DNA from: a bacterium | GTDB lineage: Bacteria; UBA8248 | Assembly: GCA_965207065.1 (NCBI GenBank) | Contig: OZ242260.1 | Coordinates: forward strand, 800,001 to 864,000 | DNA: 64,000 nucleotides | Direction of reading: 5' to 3' | Shown here: piece by piece, positions 10,158-20,129 of the stretch | Numbering within the stretch: the stretch's first letter is position 1 | Layout of the letters: each line of letters begins with the position of its first letter | Made by a program: the position numbers and the translations under genes | Notes under the pieces: model-generated | Told to the model about the DNA's origin: nothing | What the model saw: only the letters and a program-made list of their open reading frames with translations | Database searches by the model: none

Positions 10158-11636
10158 TCAATTAAAAAAGACCGTGGATCGATGGGCGAAATCCAGCACC
10201 GAGGAGGGGAAAATCCCCAATTGCAGGGTGGTCGCTACGGCGAGCACGAGCGCCGCGACCGCGTAGGACCAGCCCGGATGCGGCGCGCGCTTCACCACGC
10301 CGCCTTGCGGTTCGCGCATGTACATCACCACGACGAGCCTCAGGTAATAATACACGGCCACCACGCTGTTGAGCACCGCTATCACGGTCAGCCAGACGTA
10401 GCCGCCGTTCAGCGCTGCGCTGAACACGTGGAATTTCGCCACGAAACCCCCGGTGGGCGGAAGGCCGGAGAGCGAGACCATGAACACGGCCATCGCCGCC
10501 GCGAGACCTGGCCGGAAAGAGGCCAGACCCGCGAGGTTATCCAGCTTCGTGCCGCCGTCCTCGCGCATGTTCGAGATGAGGGTGAGCACGCAGAAAGCGC
10601 CCATGTTCATGAAAACGTAGACGAGCATGTAGTACAGGAACCCGCTCGTGGCCAACTCGGCACTCGAGCGCGACGCCACGAGCGCGACCATGAGATAGCC
10701 GGCGTGGGCGATGCTCGAATAGGCGAGCATCCGCTTCACGCAGGACTGCCAGATGGCGACGAGGTTCGCCAGGCTCATCGTGAGCACGGCCATCACCCAA
10801 AAAACCGTATCGAAGCTCCCGCCGGCGTCGCCCGCGGAGAGAAAAACCCGGAAAAACGCGGCGAAAGCCGCCGCCTTCGGACCCACGGACATGAACGCCG
10901 TCACCGCGGTGGGCGCGCCCTCGTATACGTCCGGCGTCCACATGTAGAAAGGCGCCGCGGCCACCTTGAAGCCCAGCCCAACCACCATGAAGCCCAGGCC
11001 CATCAGGAAGGCTGCCCCTCGCGAGGCGGGATTCTCGTGAAGCCGCGTGGCGATTTCTATCAGGTCGACCGACCCCGTCGCGCCGTAGACGAGCGCCATG
11101 CCGTAGAGCAGGAAACCCGAGGCGAACGAACCGAGCAGAAAGTATTTGAGCGACGCCTCGTTGCCCTCGGGACGCGCGCGCAGATAACCCGCCAGGACGT
11201 AGAGCGACAGGGAGAACACTTCCAGGCCCACGAAGATCATCAGCAGGTTCCGCGTCGCCGCCATGAGCATCATGCCGGAGGTGGCGAAGAGGATGAGGCC
11301 GAAATACTCGCCCGCCGGCGTATCGTCCAGCTCCCGCTGGGCCGCGGCGATGAGCACCGAGAAAATGCTCGCGAACAGGATGACGACGTAGAGAAACTGC
11401 GTGAACCCGTCGAAGAGGTACATGCCGCCGAACGACGCGGCCAGGCCCGGCAGCGCGCGCGCGCCGAGCGTCACCCCCAGGGCGGCGGCCAGCGTCATCA
11501 GCGTGATGATGATGATGACGGAGCGCTCCCCTTTTGCGAGAAAAACGTCCCACATCAGAACCAGCACCGCCCCGAATACCGGCAGGATCACCGGCAGCAG
11601 GTATCCCCAATGGATGGTGGGATGAACGATTTCCAA
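10158..11636 (-). CDS. nuoN: NADH-quinone oxidoreductase subunit N (full operon)
   Basis: EASLKYFLLGS, FKVAAAPFYMWTPDVYEGAP and KRMLAYSSIAHAGY. Confidence 0.97.
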   Translation of the reverse strand: MEIVHPTIHWGYLLPVILPVFGAVLVLMWDVFLAKGERSVIIIITLMTLAAALGVTLGARALPGLAASFGGMYLFDGFTQFLYVVILFASIFSVLIAAAQRELDDTPAGEYFGLILFATSGMMLMAATRNLLMIFVGLEVFSLSLYVLAGYLRARPEGNEASLKYFLLGSFASGFLLYGMALVYGATGSVDLIEIATRLHENPASRGAAFLMGLGFMVVGLGFKVAAAPFYMWTPDVYEGAPTAVTAFMSVGPKAAAFAAFFRVFLSAGDAGGSFDTVFWVMAVLTMSLANLVAIWQSCVKRMLAYSSIAHAGYLMVALVASRSSAELATSGFLYYMLVYVFMNMGAFCVLTLISNMREDGGTKLDNLAGLASFRPGLAAAMAVFMVSLSGLPPTGGFVAKFHVFSAALNGGYVWLTVIAVLNSVVAVYYYLRLVVVMYMREPQGGVVKRAPHPGWSYAVAALVLAVATTLQLGIFPSSVLDFAHRSTVFFN

Positions 11637-11638
11637 AG

Positions 11639-13195
11639 CTATTTCACCTCGACTCTTTGCACATAAGCGAGCGCGCTCTTTTGCAATTTCCGCTCAGGCG
11701 CCTTCTCCACGCGCAGCACCCGGCGGTTCACCTGCGTGAGCCAGGCCTTGGCCGACGGCTCGATGCGGTTGAACAACGGTTTGGGGTAAAGCCCGATCCA
11801 GAACATCAGCGCCACCATGGGCAGCATGACGAGCCACTCGCGCCTGTTCATGTCGGCGAGCCCCAGGTTCGCCCGCACGCTTACCTCGCCGAACAGCACG
11901 CGCTGGAGCATCCAGAGCATGTAGACCGCCGAGAGAACCACGCCGGTGGCCGCGATTACGGCGAACCAGGCGTTGCGCTCGAACGCGCCCAGCAGAATCG
12001 TGAACTCGCCCACGAACCCGTTCAGCCCCGGGAGGCCGATGCTGCTCAGCGCCGTGATGATGAAAAACGTCGAGAACACGGGCATCACCCGAAGGAGCCC
12101 TCCGAATTCATCGATTTGCCGCGTGTGCCTCCTCGAATAGATGAAGCCCACGATCAGGAAGAGCGCCCCGCTGCTGATGCCGTGGTTCACCATCTGGATA
12201 ACGCTCCCCGAGGCGCCCAGGAGGTTGAAGGAGAAAAGCCCCAGCATCACGAAGCCCAGATGGCTCACCGAGGAGTAGGCCACGAGCTTTTTCACGTCGG
12301 TCTGCACCATGGCCATGAGCGCCCCGTAGATGATCCCCACCAGCGCCAGGCATATGATGAGGAACGCGAACTCGCGCGCCGCCGTCGGGAACAGCGGCAT
12401 CGCCAGCCTCATGAAGCCGTACGTGCCCATTTTCAGGAGGACGCCGGCGAGGATGACGCTTCCCGCCGTGGGCGCTTCCACGTGGGCGTCGGGCAGCCAG
12501 GTGTGAAACGGGAAAATCGGCACCTTGATGGCGAAGGAGATGGCGAACGCGGCGAACAGCCACGGCTGGAGGGCGGCGTCCACCGGTTCTCTGATATGCG
12601 CCAGGATGTCGAACGTGCCGACCCCGCTCGTGAAATACAGCCAGATGATCGCCACGAGCATCAGCACGCTTCCGGCCATGGTGTACAGGAAGAACTTGAC
12701 GGCCGCGTAAATCCGGCGTCCCCCGCCCCAGACCCCGATGATGAGGTACATCGGAATCAGCATCCCTTCCCAGAAGACGTAGAACAGGAAGAAATCGAGC
12801 GCGAAGAACACACCGAGCATCCCCGTCTCCAGGAACAGCAGGGACATGTAGTAGAGCCTGGTCTTTTTCCGCACGTCCTCGAAGGAGAAAAGAATCGCGA
12901 CGGGCGTCAGGATGGTGGTCAGCATCACGAGCAGCAGGCTGATGCCGTCAACGCCCACCTTGTAGGAAATCCCGAATCTCGGGATCCACGCCGCTTCTTC
13001 GACGAACTGCATATCCGCGAAACCGGGCCGGAAGCCCATGTACATCACGGCCGAAAGAGCGAACGTGACCAGCGACACCGCCAGCGCGAACGCGCGTATG
13101 CCTCCGCTCCCCTTGCGCTCACCCTCTCGCGCGAACAGGAGCAGCAGACCGCCCAGCATGGGCAGGAACAGTATCGACGTGATTATTCCAGGCAC
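11639..13195 (-). CDS. nuoM: NADH-quinone oxidoreductase subunit M (full operon)
   Basis: GVDGIS, FYVFWE and AIKVPIFPFHTWLPDAHVEAPTAGSV. Confidence 0.97.
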   Translation of the reverse strand: MPGIITSILFLPMLGGLLLLFAREGERKGSGGIRAFALAVSLVTFALSAVMYMGFRPGFADMQFVEEAAWIPRFGISYKVGVDGISLLLVMLTTILTPVAILFSFEDVRKKTRLYYMSLLFLETGMLGVFFALDFFLFYVFWEGMLIPMYLIIGVWGGGRRIYAAVKFFLYTMAGSVLMLVAIIWLYFTSGVGTFDILAHIREPVDAALQPWLFAAFAISFAIKVPIFPFHTWLPDAHVEAPTAGSVILAGVLLKMGTYGFMRLAMPLFPTAAREFAFLIICLALVGIIYGALMAMVQTDVKKLVAYSSVSHLGFVMLGLFSFNLLGASGSVIQMVNHGISSGALFLIVGFIYSRRHTRQIDEFGGLLRVMPVFSTFFIITALSSIGLPGLNGFVGEFTILLGAFERNAWFAVIAATGVVLSAVYMLWMLQRVLFGEVSVRANLGLADMNRREWLVMLPMVALMFWIGLYPKPLFNRIEPSAKAWLTQVNRRVLRVEKAPERKLQKSALAYVQRVEVK

Positions 13196-13230
13196 TCGCC
13201 CCTAACGCTCCTCAAAGAATCGAAAAATCA

Positions 13231-15135
13231 TTACCGGGCCGTGAGGTACAGCAGAATCACGAGCGCGCCGACCAGCATCGATACGGCGTAGCTCTTCACG
13301 TAGCCCGTCTGGAGACGCCTCAGGACGCCGCCCAGGGATTGCACGAAAAAACCCGCGCCGTTCACGGCCGCGTCGACCAGACCGTCCTCGAACGCTCGCC
13401 AGCACCAGATCGACGCCCGCTTTACCGGTTGAATGATCAAGGCGTCGTATATCTCGTCCACGTAATACTTGTTCACCAGAAGACGGTGGATTCTCGGCCA
13501 GAGTTCCGCGTACGCGCTGCCGCCGTCGTTTTTGAGCACATAGAGATTGTAGGCCGCGTATATTCCGATGAAGGCGACCGCGAGCGAGAAGACCATCATC
13601 AGTATCTCGAACACCACCTCATGGTGCGCCTCGCCGTGACCGCCGAAAACAGGAGCGAGGAAATCGCCGAATACGTTCGCCCCCGTGATGATGGGAATCC
13701 CCACCCAGCCGCCGACAATGGAGAGCGCCGCCAGCGCCTGAAGCGGAAGCGTCATATTGGCCGGAGATTCATGGACTTTCTGCTGCTCCTCCAGGCTCAG
13801 GCTGCAGGTGCCGAAGAATACGCGGAACAAGAGCCTGAACATGTAGAACGCCGTCATCAACGCGCCGGCCGCGCCTGCGAGCCACAGGAGCACCCCGCCG
13901 CGCTCGGCCGTCATGGCCGAATAGAGAATGGCGTCCTTGCTGAAAAAGCCGGCGAAGGGGAATACGCCTGCGATGGCCAGTGCGCCTATGAGGAAGGTGT
14001 TGCTCGTTCGCGGGAGGGCCGCGTGGAGTCCGCCCATCCTGCGAAGGTCCTGCTCTCCGTCAAGCGCGTGAATCACGCTCCCCGCGCCCAGGAACAGGAG
14101 CGCCTTGAAAAACGCATGAGTCATCAGATGGAAGATCGCCGCGGAAAACGCGCCCACGCCGCATGCCAGGAACATATAGCCCAGTTGGCTCACTGTGCTG
14201 TAGGCGAGCACCTTCTTGATGTCGGTCTGCACCAGGGCGATGGACGCCGCCATCAACAGCGTGAGCGCTCCGATGACCGCCACCACCAGCATCGCCGTCG
14301 ATGAGAGTTCGAAGAGCACGTGCGCTCTCGCCACCATGTAGACGCCCGCCGTCACCATCGTAGCCGCGTGTATCAGGGCGCTGACCGGGGTGGGGCCTTC
14401 CATCGCGTCGGGCAGCCAGACGTAAAGCGGAATCTGCGCGCTCTTGCCCGTGGCGCCCGCGAAGAGCAGCAGGCAGATTATCGTCGCCGCCGCGCTCTCG
14501 GGGCCGAGCAGTTGAGGGGCCTTCGAGAACACCTCCGCGAAATCCAGCGAGCCCACGACGCTGTAGATGTAGAAAAGCGCAATCAGGAAGCAGAAATCAC
14601 CCACCCGGTTCACGATGAACGCCTTCTTGCCGGCCTCGGCCGCCGCCTTGCGCTCGTACCAGAAGCCGATGAGCAGGTAGCTGCAAAGACCCACCGCCTC
14701 CCAGCCCACGAACATGACCACGAAGTTGTCGCCCAGAACGAGCGTCAGCATGGAGAGCGAGAAGAGGTTCAGGTAGATGAAATAGCGAACCACGCCGCGG
14801 TCGCCGTGCATGTAGCCCATCGAGTAGAGGTGGATCAATGTCCCGACGCCGGTGACCACGAGCGCCATCACGGCCGAGAGCGGATCCAGCGAGAAGCTCG
14901 CCTGGATTTCGAAGGCGCCCACGGGAATCCACTCGAACAGGACGGCGCGGATGAGCCGCCCCTTCTCGGGCATCGCCAGAAGGCGGAGCCAGCTCACGAG
15001 CGAGGCCGCGAACGCGAGCGCCAGCGCCAGCGTCGCGGTCCAGCCGGCGAACTTCTCCCCGCGCTTCCAGCCGAAGAGCAGGTTCACCAGAACGCCGATG
15101 AGAGGGAACGCCAATATGAGGGTCAGACTATCCAT
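13231..15135 (-). CDS. nuoL: NADH-quinone oxidoreductase subunit L (full operon)
   Basis: GWEAVGLCSYLLIGFW and GKSAQIPLYVWLPDAMEGPTPVSALIHAATMV. Confidence 0.97.
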   Translation of the reverse strand: MDSLTLILAFPLIGVLVNLLFGWKRGEKFAGWTATLALALAFAASLVSWLRLLAMPEKGRLIRAVLFEWIPVGAFEIQASFSLDPLSAVMALVVTGVGTLIHLYSMGYMHGDRGVVRYFIYLNLFSLSMLTLVLGDNFVVMFVGWEAVGLCSYLLIGFWYERKAAAEAGKKAFIVNRVGDFCFLIALFYIYSVVGSLDFAEVFSKAPQLLGPESAAATIICLLLFAGATGKSAQIPLYVWLPDAMEGPTPVSALIHAATMVTAGVYMVARAHVLFELSSTAMLVVAVIGALTLLMAASIALVQTDIKKVLAYSTVSQLGYMFLACGVGAFSAAIFHLMTHAFFKALLFLGAGSVIHALDGEQDLRRMGGLHAALPRTSNTFLIGALAIAGVFPFAGFFSKDAILYSAMTAERGGVLLWLAGAAGALMTAFYMFRLLFRVFFGTCSLSLEEQQKVHESPANMTLPLQALAALSIVGGWVGIPIITGANVFGDFLAPVFGGHGEAHHEVVFEILMMVFSLAVAFIGIYAAYNLYVLKNDGGSAYAELWPRIHRLLVNKYYVDEIYDALIIQPVKRASIWCWRAFEDGLVDAAVNGAGFFVQSLGGVLRRLQTGYVKSYAVSMLVGALVILLYLTAR

Positions 15136-15147
15136 GATTCCTTAGCT

Positions 15148-15450
15148 CTATAGCTTCAGTAGATTGATCTCGTCCAGGTCGGTGGATTCACGGTTTCTGT
15201 ATATCAGCACCACGATGGCCAGGCCGATAGCGGCTTCCGCCGCGGCCACCGCCATCACGAAAAACACGATCATCTGGCCCGCCATCGAGTCCAGGAAGTG
15301 ACCATAGGCCACGAACGCCAGATTCGCCCCGTTCATCATCAACTCGATGCACAAGATGACGACGATGGCGTTTCTGCGCACCACGACGCCCACGACTCCT
15401 AAAGAGAAGAGAACCGCGCTCAGAATCAGGTAATGCTCAAGCGGCGCCAC
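15148..15450 (-). CDS. nuoK: NADH-quinone oxidoreductase subunit K (full operon)
   Basis: RRNAI, IELMMNG and [10 protein letters not shown]. Confidence 0.96.
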   Translation of the reverse strand: MAPLEHYLILSAVLFSLGVVGVVVRRNAIVVILCIELMMNGANLAFVAYGHFLDSMAGQMIVFFVMAVAAAEAAIGLAIVVLIYRNRESTDLDEINLLKL

Positions 15451-15462
15451 GTCCCACTCCTC

Positions 15463-15981
15463 CTAGCGGCTTCGCCTGCTCGCCAGCACCACGGCGCCGA
15501 CGATGCCCACGAACAACAATACGCCCATGGCCTGGAACGGCAGGACGTAATCCGTCAACAACAGGTTTCCGATAATCTGCGTGTTGCCCAGCTCACTCAC
15601 GCGCTCCGGGGGAAAACTTCCCTTTTTGCCCGTCATGAGGGAGGTGGAGAGGAATATCTTGAGCAGCACGCTGAATACGGCGAGTCCCGCGATGGCGCCC
15701 AGCATCTTCTGTCCGGGCAGGCGCAGCTCTTTTTGCTCCTCCCGGCCCAGGTTGATCAGCATCACCACGAACAGGAATAGCATCATGATCGCGCTGGCGT
15801 AGATGATCACCTGAACGATGGCGACGAACTGCGCGTGAAGCGAGAGATACAGCCCGGCAAGGCCCAGGAAGGTCAGGATCAGGGCGAGCACGCTGTAGAG
15901 CGGGCTGGGAAACGCGACGACGGCTATCGCGCCCACCGTCGTCACCACCGCCAGGAAATAAAAGAACAGGGAACTGGCCAC
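15463..15981 (-). CDS. nuoJ: NADH-quinone oxidoreductase subunit J (full operon)
   Basis: AQFVAIVQVIIYASAIMMLFLFVVML; lies between nuoI and nuoK. Confidence 0.95.
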   Translation of the reverse strand: MASSLFFYFLAVVTTVGAIAVVAFPSPLYSVLALILTFLGLAGLYLSLHAQFVAIVQVIIYASAIMMLFLFVVMLINLGREEQKELRLPGQKMLGAIAGLAVFSVLLKIFLSTSLMTGKKGSFPPERVSELGNTQIIGNLLLTDYVLPFQAMGVLLFVGIVGAVVLASRRSR

Positions 15982-16026
15982 TACCGCCCTTCCTCCAGCG
16001 GGCGGGCGCCCGCTTCAAATCGAACC

Positions 16027-16506
16027 CTAGACATACGTGAGCAGGTTTTTCTCGTCATAGCGGGCATGAAGCTCCGGATAATCCTCGGTCCGCTCCACGA
16101 TCAAATCGCCCTTCTCGTAGAGGAACTTGCCCCGGTCGTCCTGACAGAATTCATACTCGTTGCCCAGCACGACCGCGCCGACCGGGCAGGCTTCTTCGCA
16201 ATATCCGCAAAAGATGCAGCGAAGCTCGTTGATCTCGTAAATGCTGGCGTAGCGCTCGCCCTTCGAAGTCGGCGCCTCGGGGTCGTTCTCCTCAGATTCC
16301 ACATATATGCAATCTACCGGACACGCTGCCGAGCAGAGCTTGCACCCCACGCAGCGCTCCAGGCCGTCCTCCCAGCGCAGCAGCTTGTGGAGGCCGCGGT
16401 AGCCCACGGGCATCTCCTCCTTGACGTCGGGGTACTGCACGGTCACGCGGTTTTTGAAGGAATGCTTGAGCGTCAGCCACAATCCCCTGCAAATCTCGCC
16501 TAACAT
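16027..16506 (-). CDS. nuoI: NADH-quinone oxidoreductase subunit I (2x[4Fe-4S])
   Basis: CVGCKLCSAACP and CIFCGYCEEACP ferredoxin motifs; VTVQYP. Confidence 0.97.
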   Translation of the reverse strand: MLGEICRGLWLTLKHSFKNRVTVQYPDVKEEMPVGYRGLHKLLRWEDGLERCVGCKLCSAACPVDCIYVESEENDPEAPTSKGERYASIYEINELRCIFCGYCEEACPVGAVVLGNEYEFCQDDRGKFLYEKGDLIVERTEDYPELHARYDEKNLLTYV

Positions 16507-16533
16507 GAATCCTCCCCCCTTTCGATCGGCCCG

Positions 16534-17514
16534 CTAGCCCAGGAAAACGACGGCGGCGGCCGTGAGCATCACGTTCAGGATGGACAGCGGCAGAAGCACC
16601 TTCCATCCGAAACCCATCAGTTGGTCATAGCGCAGGCGCGGCGTGGAGGCGCGCAGCCACATGAAGAAGAACATGAACGCCAGCACCTTGATCAGGAACC
16701 AGAGGACGGGCGGCAGCAGCGGTCCGCGCCATCCGCCGAGGAAAAACGTCGCCCCCACCGCCGAGAGCGTGATCATGCTGCAGTACTCGGCGATGGAATA
16801 AACCGCAAAGTGCATGCTGCTGTATTCGGTATGAAAGCCGCCCGTGAGTTCGCTCTCGGCCTCGGGCAAGTCGAAGGGCGCCCGGTTCGTCTCCGCCAGC
16901 ATGCAGATGACGAAGAGCAGAAAGCCCAGGGGCTGCAATACGATGTAGGGCATACCGGCCTGGGCCTCGACGATTCCCTTCAAGCTCAGGGTGCCCGAAA
17001 TCATGACCACGCCCAGAAGCGACATGCCCAGCGAGAGTTCGTAGCTTATCAACTGGGCGGCGGAGCGAAGCCCGCCGATGAGCGGATACTTGCTGTTCGA
17101 CGCCCATGAGCCGAGCACGATGCCGTACACGCCGATGCCCGCCATGGCGAAGATGTACAGGATGCCGACGTTCACGTCGGCCACCACCAGGTCCACCTTC
17201 TGGCCGAACACGGTCACGGAATCGCCGAAGGGAACCACGGCGAAGGCGGCCAGCGCCGGAATGAGCGTGACGGCGGGCGCCAGGACGTAAATCACCTTGT
17301 CCGCCTGAGCGGGAATGATGGTTTCCTTGAACATGAGCTTGATCCCGTCGGCGATGGGCTGCAGAAGCCCCAACGGTCCCACGCGGTTGGGACCCACGCG
17401 CACCTGTATGAGCGCGAACACGCGCCGCTCCATCCAGGTCATGTAGGCGGCGAGAAGCAAAAGCCCGCCGAAGCCCACGAGCACTTTCCCGAGAATGATG
17501 AGCAGCCAAATCAT
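16534..17514 (-). CDS. nuoH: NADH-quinone oxidoreductase subunit H (full operon)
   Basis: [19 protein letters not shown] and [17 protein letters not shown]. Confidence 0.97.
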   Translation of the reverse strand: MIWLLIILGKVLVGFGGLLLLAAYMTWMERRVFALIQVRVGPNRVGPLGLLQPIADGIKLMFKETIIPAQADKVIYVLAPAVTLIPALAAFAVVPFGDSVTVFGQKVDLVVADVNVGILYIFAMAGIGVYGIVLGSWASNSKYPLIGGLRSAAQLISYELSLGMSLLGVVMISGTLSLKGIVEAQAGMPYIVLQPLGFLLFVICMLAETNRAPFDLPEAESELTGGFHTEYSSMHFAVYSIAEYCSMITLSAVGATFFLGGWRGPLLPPVLWFLIKVLAFMFFFMWLRASTPRLRYDQLMGFGWKVLLPLSILNVMLTAAAVVFLG

Positions 17515-20112
17515 CTATGCGCCCACCTCTTGGGGTTTCTCCGTCTTGCGCACCTGAATCTCCACCCCCTGGCGGCCTGTCGCGCCGACAGCGTTGAGGA
17601 CCGAGCCCCCGTGCGCGCGCAAAAAACCCTCCGGCGCGAAGGCGACGCCCACCGGCGCGTTCTTGTCTACGTGTGCGGGAAGCTGAACGACCTCGCCGCC
17701 CACTTCGAATTCCACGAGTTCACCTTCCGCGAGGCCCAGGCTCTCCGCATCGCTCGGCGACAGGGCGAGGGCGGCGGCCGGCATATCGGCCAGATGATAG
17801 GCCGAGGCCGCATAAGCGCCCGAGAGCCACAAGACGGGCGTCAGCAGCATCCTCAAGCCCGGCTCCTGCGCCTCTTTCTCTGGGATCTGCGCGAGCTGAT
17901 AGGCGCGCCGCCCCTCTCGTCTTAAATGCAGCCCCTCATCGGGAACCCGGCCGAAGGCGTCCGCGTAATCACTGATGAGCGAGCGCGCCTGAATCCGTAT
18001 CTTGTCCAGCGAATTCGCCCGCAAGGGCCGCTCCATCGCTTTGGCGATATCGGCGAAGGCCCGCCAGGCGTCGGGGACCATCTTGTCGATCATCGGCTTG
18101 AGCGCGCGCGGGAGAGACTGCGCCCTGCGCTCCAGGTTCGTGACGCTGCCCGTTTCCTCATACAGCGTGGGTGCGGGGATCACGACGTCCGCGTATTCCG
18201 TACTGGCGTTCAAGTGGGATGCCTGCACGACGACGAAATCGGCCTTTTCCAGCGCCTCTCTCGCCCGCGCGCCGTCGGGATGCTCGCCTACGGGGTCGCT
18301 GCCCAGAATATAAAGTCCCTTGAGTTCACCGCTCACGAGGCCGCCTAAGATGCCGTTCGCGTCCTTGCCGGCTTGCGCGCCGGGCGGCCTCCCCCACGCT
18401 TCCCCGCAGGCGGAACGCGCCGCTTCATCCGACAAATCGCCGCCGGGCAGGGCTTCGGGGTGCAGGCCCATGTCGATTGCGCCCTGTAAGTTCGGCGCGC
18501 CGGCCGCGAAGAGCATATTGGCGCGGAGCAACAGTCCCAGATTGATCGCCTCCGAAACAGCGACCTTCCCCGTCTCTCCGGGCCCTGAGAGGATGCTCAC
18601 GGGGCCATCGGCCACCTGAATCGCCCGGGCGGCGGCCATGAGGTCATCGGGCGGCACGTCCGCCTCTTCGCACAGGGGTTCCAAGTCCACGGAATCGATG
18701 AGCGCGGCGTATTCTTCCGCGTTCTCTCCCTCGGGCTTCACTCCGTCGTCCACGAGGTAAGTCGCCAGCGCGCGCAGCGTGCGCGAGATGCCTCCCAGCA
18801 CCGGCACCAGATGATGCACCCTGCCCTGAACACGAAGATCGATGCGCCTTTGGTTCACGTTGACGATAACGGCGCCCGCCCGGTGCGCCTTTCTGATCTG
18901 AAGCGCGAGTATGGGGTGCTGCGTGAACGGGTCGCTCCCCACGATAATGACGGCCTTCGAGCGCCCCAGCTCCTCGATGGAGCCCGCACCGCCCACGCCG
19001 CCCAGGGCGGCGCTTTGCAAGTCCGTCTGCACGATGTCGCGCGGATGAATCCGGCTGTCCAGGTGGTTGGTTCCCAGGACCGAGCGCATGAAGGCGCCGA
19101 ACTGATAGGCAGTCTCGTTCGTGGAAGAGGCGCCGCCCAGACCGGCGATTGCGCCGCCGCCAGACTGCTCCATGAGCGCGCCCAAGCCTCTCGCCGCCTC
19201 GCCGACCGCCTCCGCCCAGCCGACGGGCGTCAGTTCGCCGTCTTTTCTGATCATCGGCTGTGTGATGCGCCCCTCGCCGTGCGCCCCGCTCCAGCCGTAG
19301 CGCGCGACGTCGCAAATCCATGTGTCGTTGATTCTTTCGTTCTCAGCCGCTGTGACGCGTTTGATCTCGCCGTCCTTCGTCCAGACGCCCTGGCGGCAGC
19401 CCACGCTGCAGAGGGTGCAGGGACCCTGGGTTTCCCCCATCTCCCACACGCGCGCGGTGAAGCGGTATTTGTTGTCCGTGAGCGCGCCCACGGGGCAGAT
19501 GTCGATGACGTTGCCCGAGACGACGCTCGTCATGGGCAGGTCCTCATAGACCCCCACCTCGGTGCGGTCGCCGCGCTGCGCCCAGCCGAATTCCGCTCCG
19601 CCGTCGATCTCCTCGGTGAAGCGGATGCACCGGGTGCAGTGCACGCAGCGGTTCATCTCGGGCTTGATGAAGGCGCTGATCTCCTTTTGTGGATAAATAC
19701 GTCTGAACTCGTGCGTCCTGCTGATCGCCTTGCCGTAGGCCATGGTCTGATCCTGCAAGGGGCACTCGCCGCCCTGATCGCACACCGGACAATCGAGCGG
19801 GTGGTTCTTGAGCAGAAATTCGAACACGCCTTCCTGCGCCTCGATGACGCGCGGGGTCACGGAACTCACCACCATGCCCTCGGCCGCCGGCGTGGCGCAG
19901 GAGGCTTGGAGTTTGGGTATCGGCCGGCCGTTTCCGGCGTCGAGCACTTCCACGAGACAGGCCCGGCACTGGCCCACGATGGAGAGGTTCTTGTGGTAGC
20001 AAAAATGCGGAACGTGCGCGCCGATGCGGAGCGCAGCCTCCAGGACGGGCAGGCCCTTGTCCATCGTGATGCTCTGATCGTTGAATACGAATGTTACCTG
20101 CTCATTCGACAT
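17515..20112 (-). CDS. nuoG: NADH-quinone oxidoreductase subunit G
   Basis: HFCYH..GQCRACLV (N1b), NHPLDCPVCDQGGECPLQD (N5), RCVHCTRC..CPVGAL (N4) and CTLCSVGC..ICD (N7-type). Confidence 0.96.
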   Translation of the reverse strand: MSNEQVTFVFNDQSITMDKGLPVLEAALRIGAHVPHFCYHKNLSIVGQCRACLVEVLDAGNGRPIPKLQASCATPAAEGMVVSSVTPRVIEAQEGVFEFLLKNHPLDCPVCDQGGECPLQDQTMAYGKAISRTHEFRRIYPQKEISAFIKPEMNRCVHCTRCIRFTEEIDGGAEFGWAQRGDRTEVGVYEDLPMTSVVSGNVIDICPVGALTDNKYRFTARVWEMGETQGPCTLCSVGCRQGVWTKDGEIKRVTAAENERINDTWICDVARYGWSGAHGEGRITQPMIRKDGELTPVGWAEAVGEAARGLGALMEQSGGGAIAGLGGASSTNETAYQFGAFMRSVLGTNHLDSRIHPRDIVQTDLQSAALGGVGGAGSIEELGRSKAVIIVGSDPFTQHPILALQIRKAHRAGAVIVNVNQRRIDLRVQGRVHHLVPVLGGISRTLRALATYLVDDGVKPEGENAEEYAALIDSVDLEPLCEEADVPPDDLMAAARAIQVADGPVSILSGPGETGKVAVSEAINLGLLLRANMLFAAGAPNLQGAIDMGLHPEALPGGDLSDEAARSACGEAWGRPPGAQAGKDANGILGGLVSGELKGLYILGSDPVGEHPDGARAREALEKADFVVVQASHLNASTEYADVVIPAPTLYEETGSVTNLERRAQSLPRALKPMIDKMVPDAWRAFADIAKAMERPLRANSLDKIRIQARSLISDYADAFGRVPDEGLHLRREGRRAYQLAQIPEKEAQEPGLRMLLTPVLWLSGAYAASAYHLADMPAAALALSPSDAESLGLAEGELVEFEVGGEVVQLPAHVDKNAPVGVAFAPEGFLRAHGGSVLNAVGATGRQGVEIQVRKTEKPQEVGA

Positions 20113-20129
20113 CTATCGCCTCTCCCCCA

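Noticed and set aside
1893-13195. 2M-type complex I (extra NuoM)
   Set aside because: The two nuoM genes belong to separate operons, each with a single L-M-N set.
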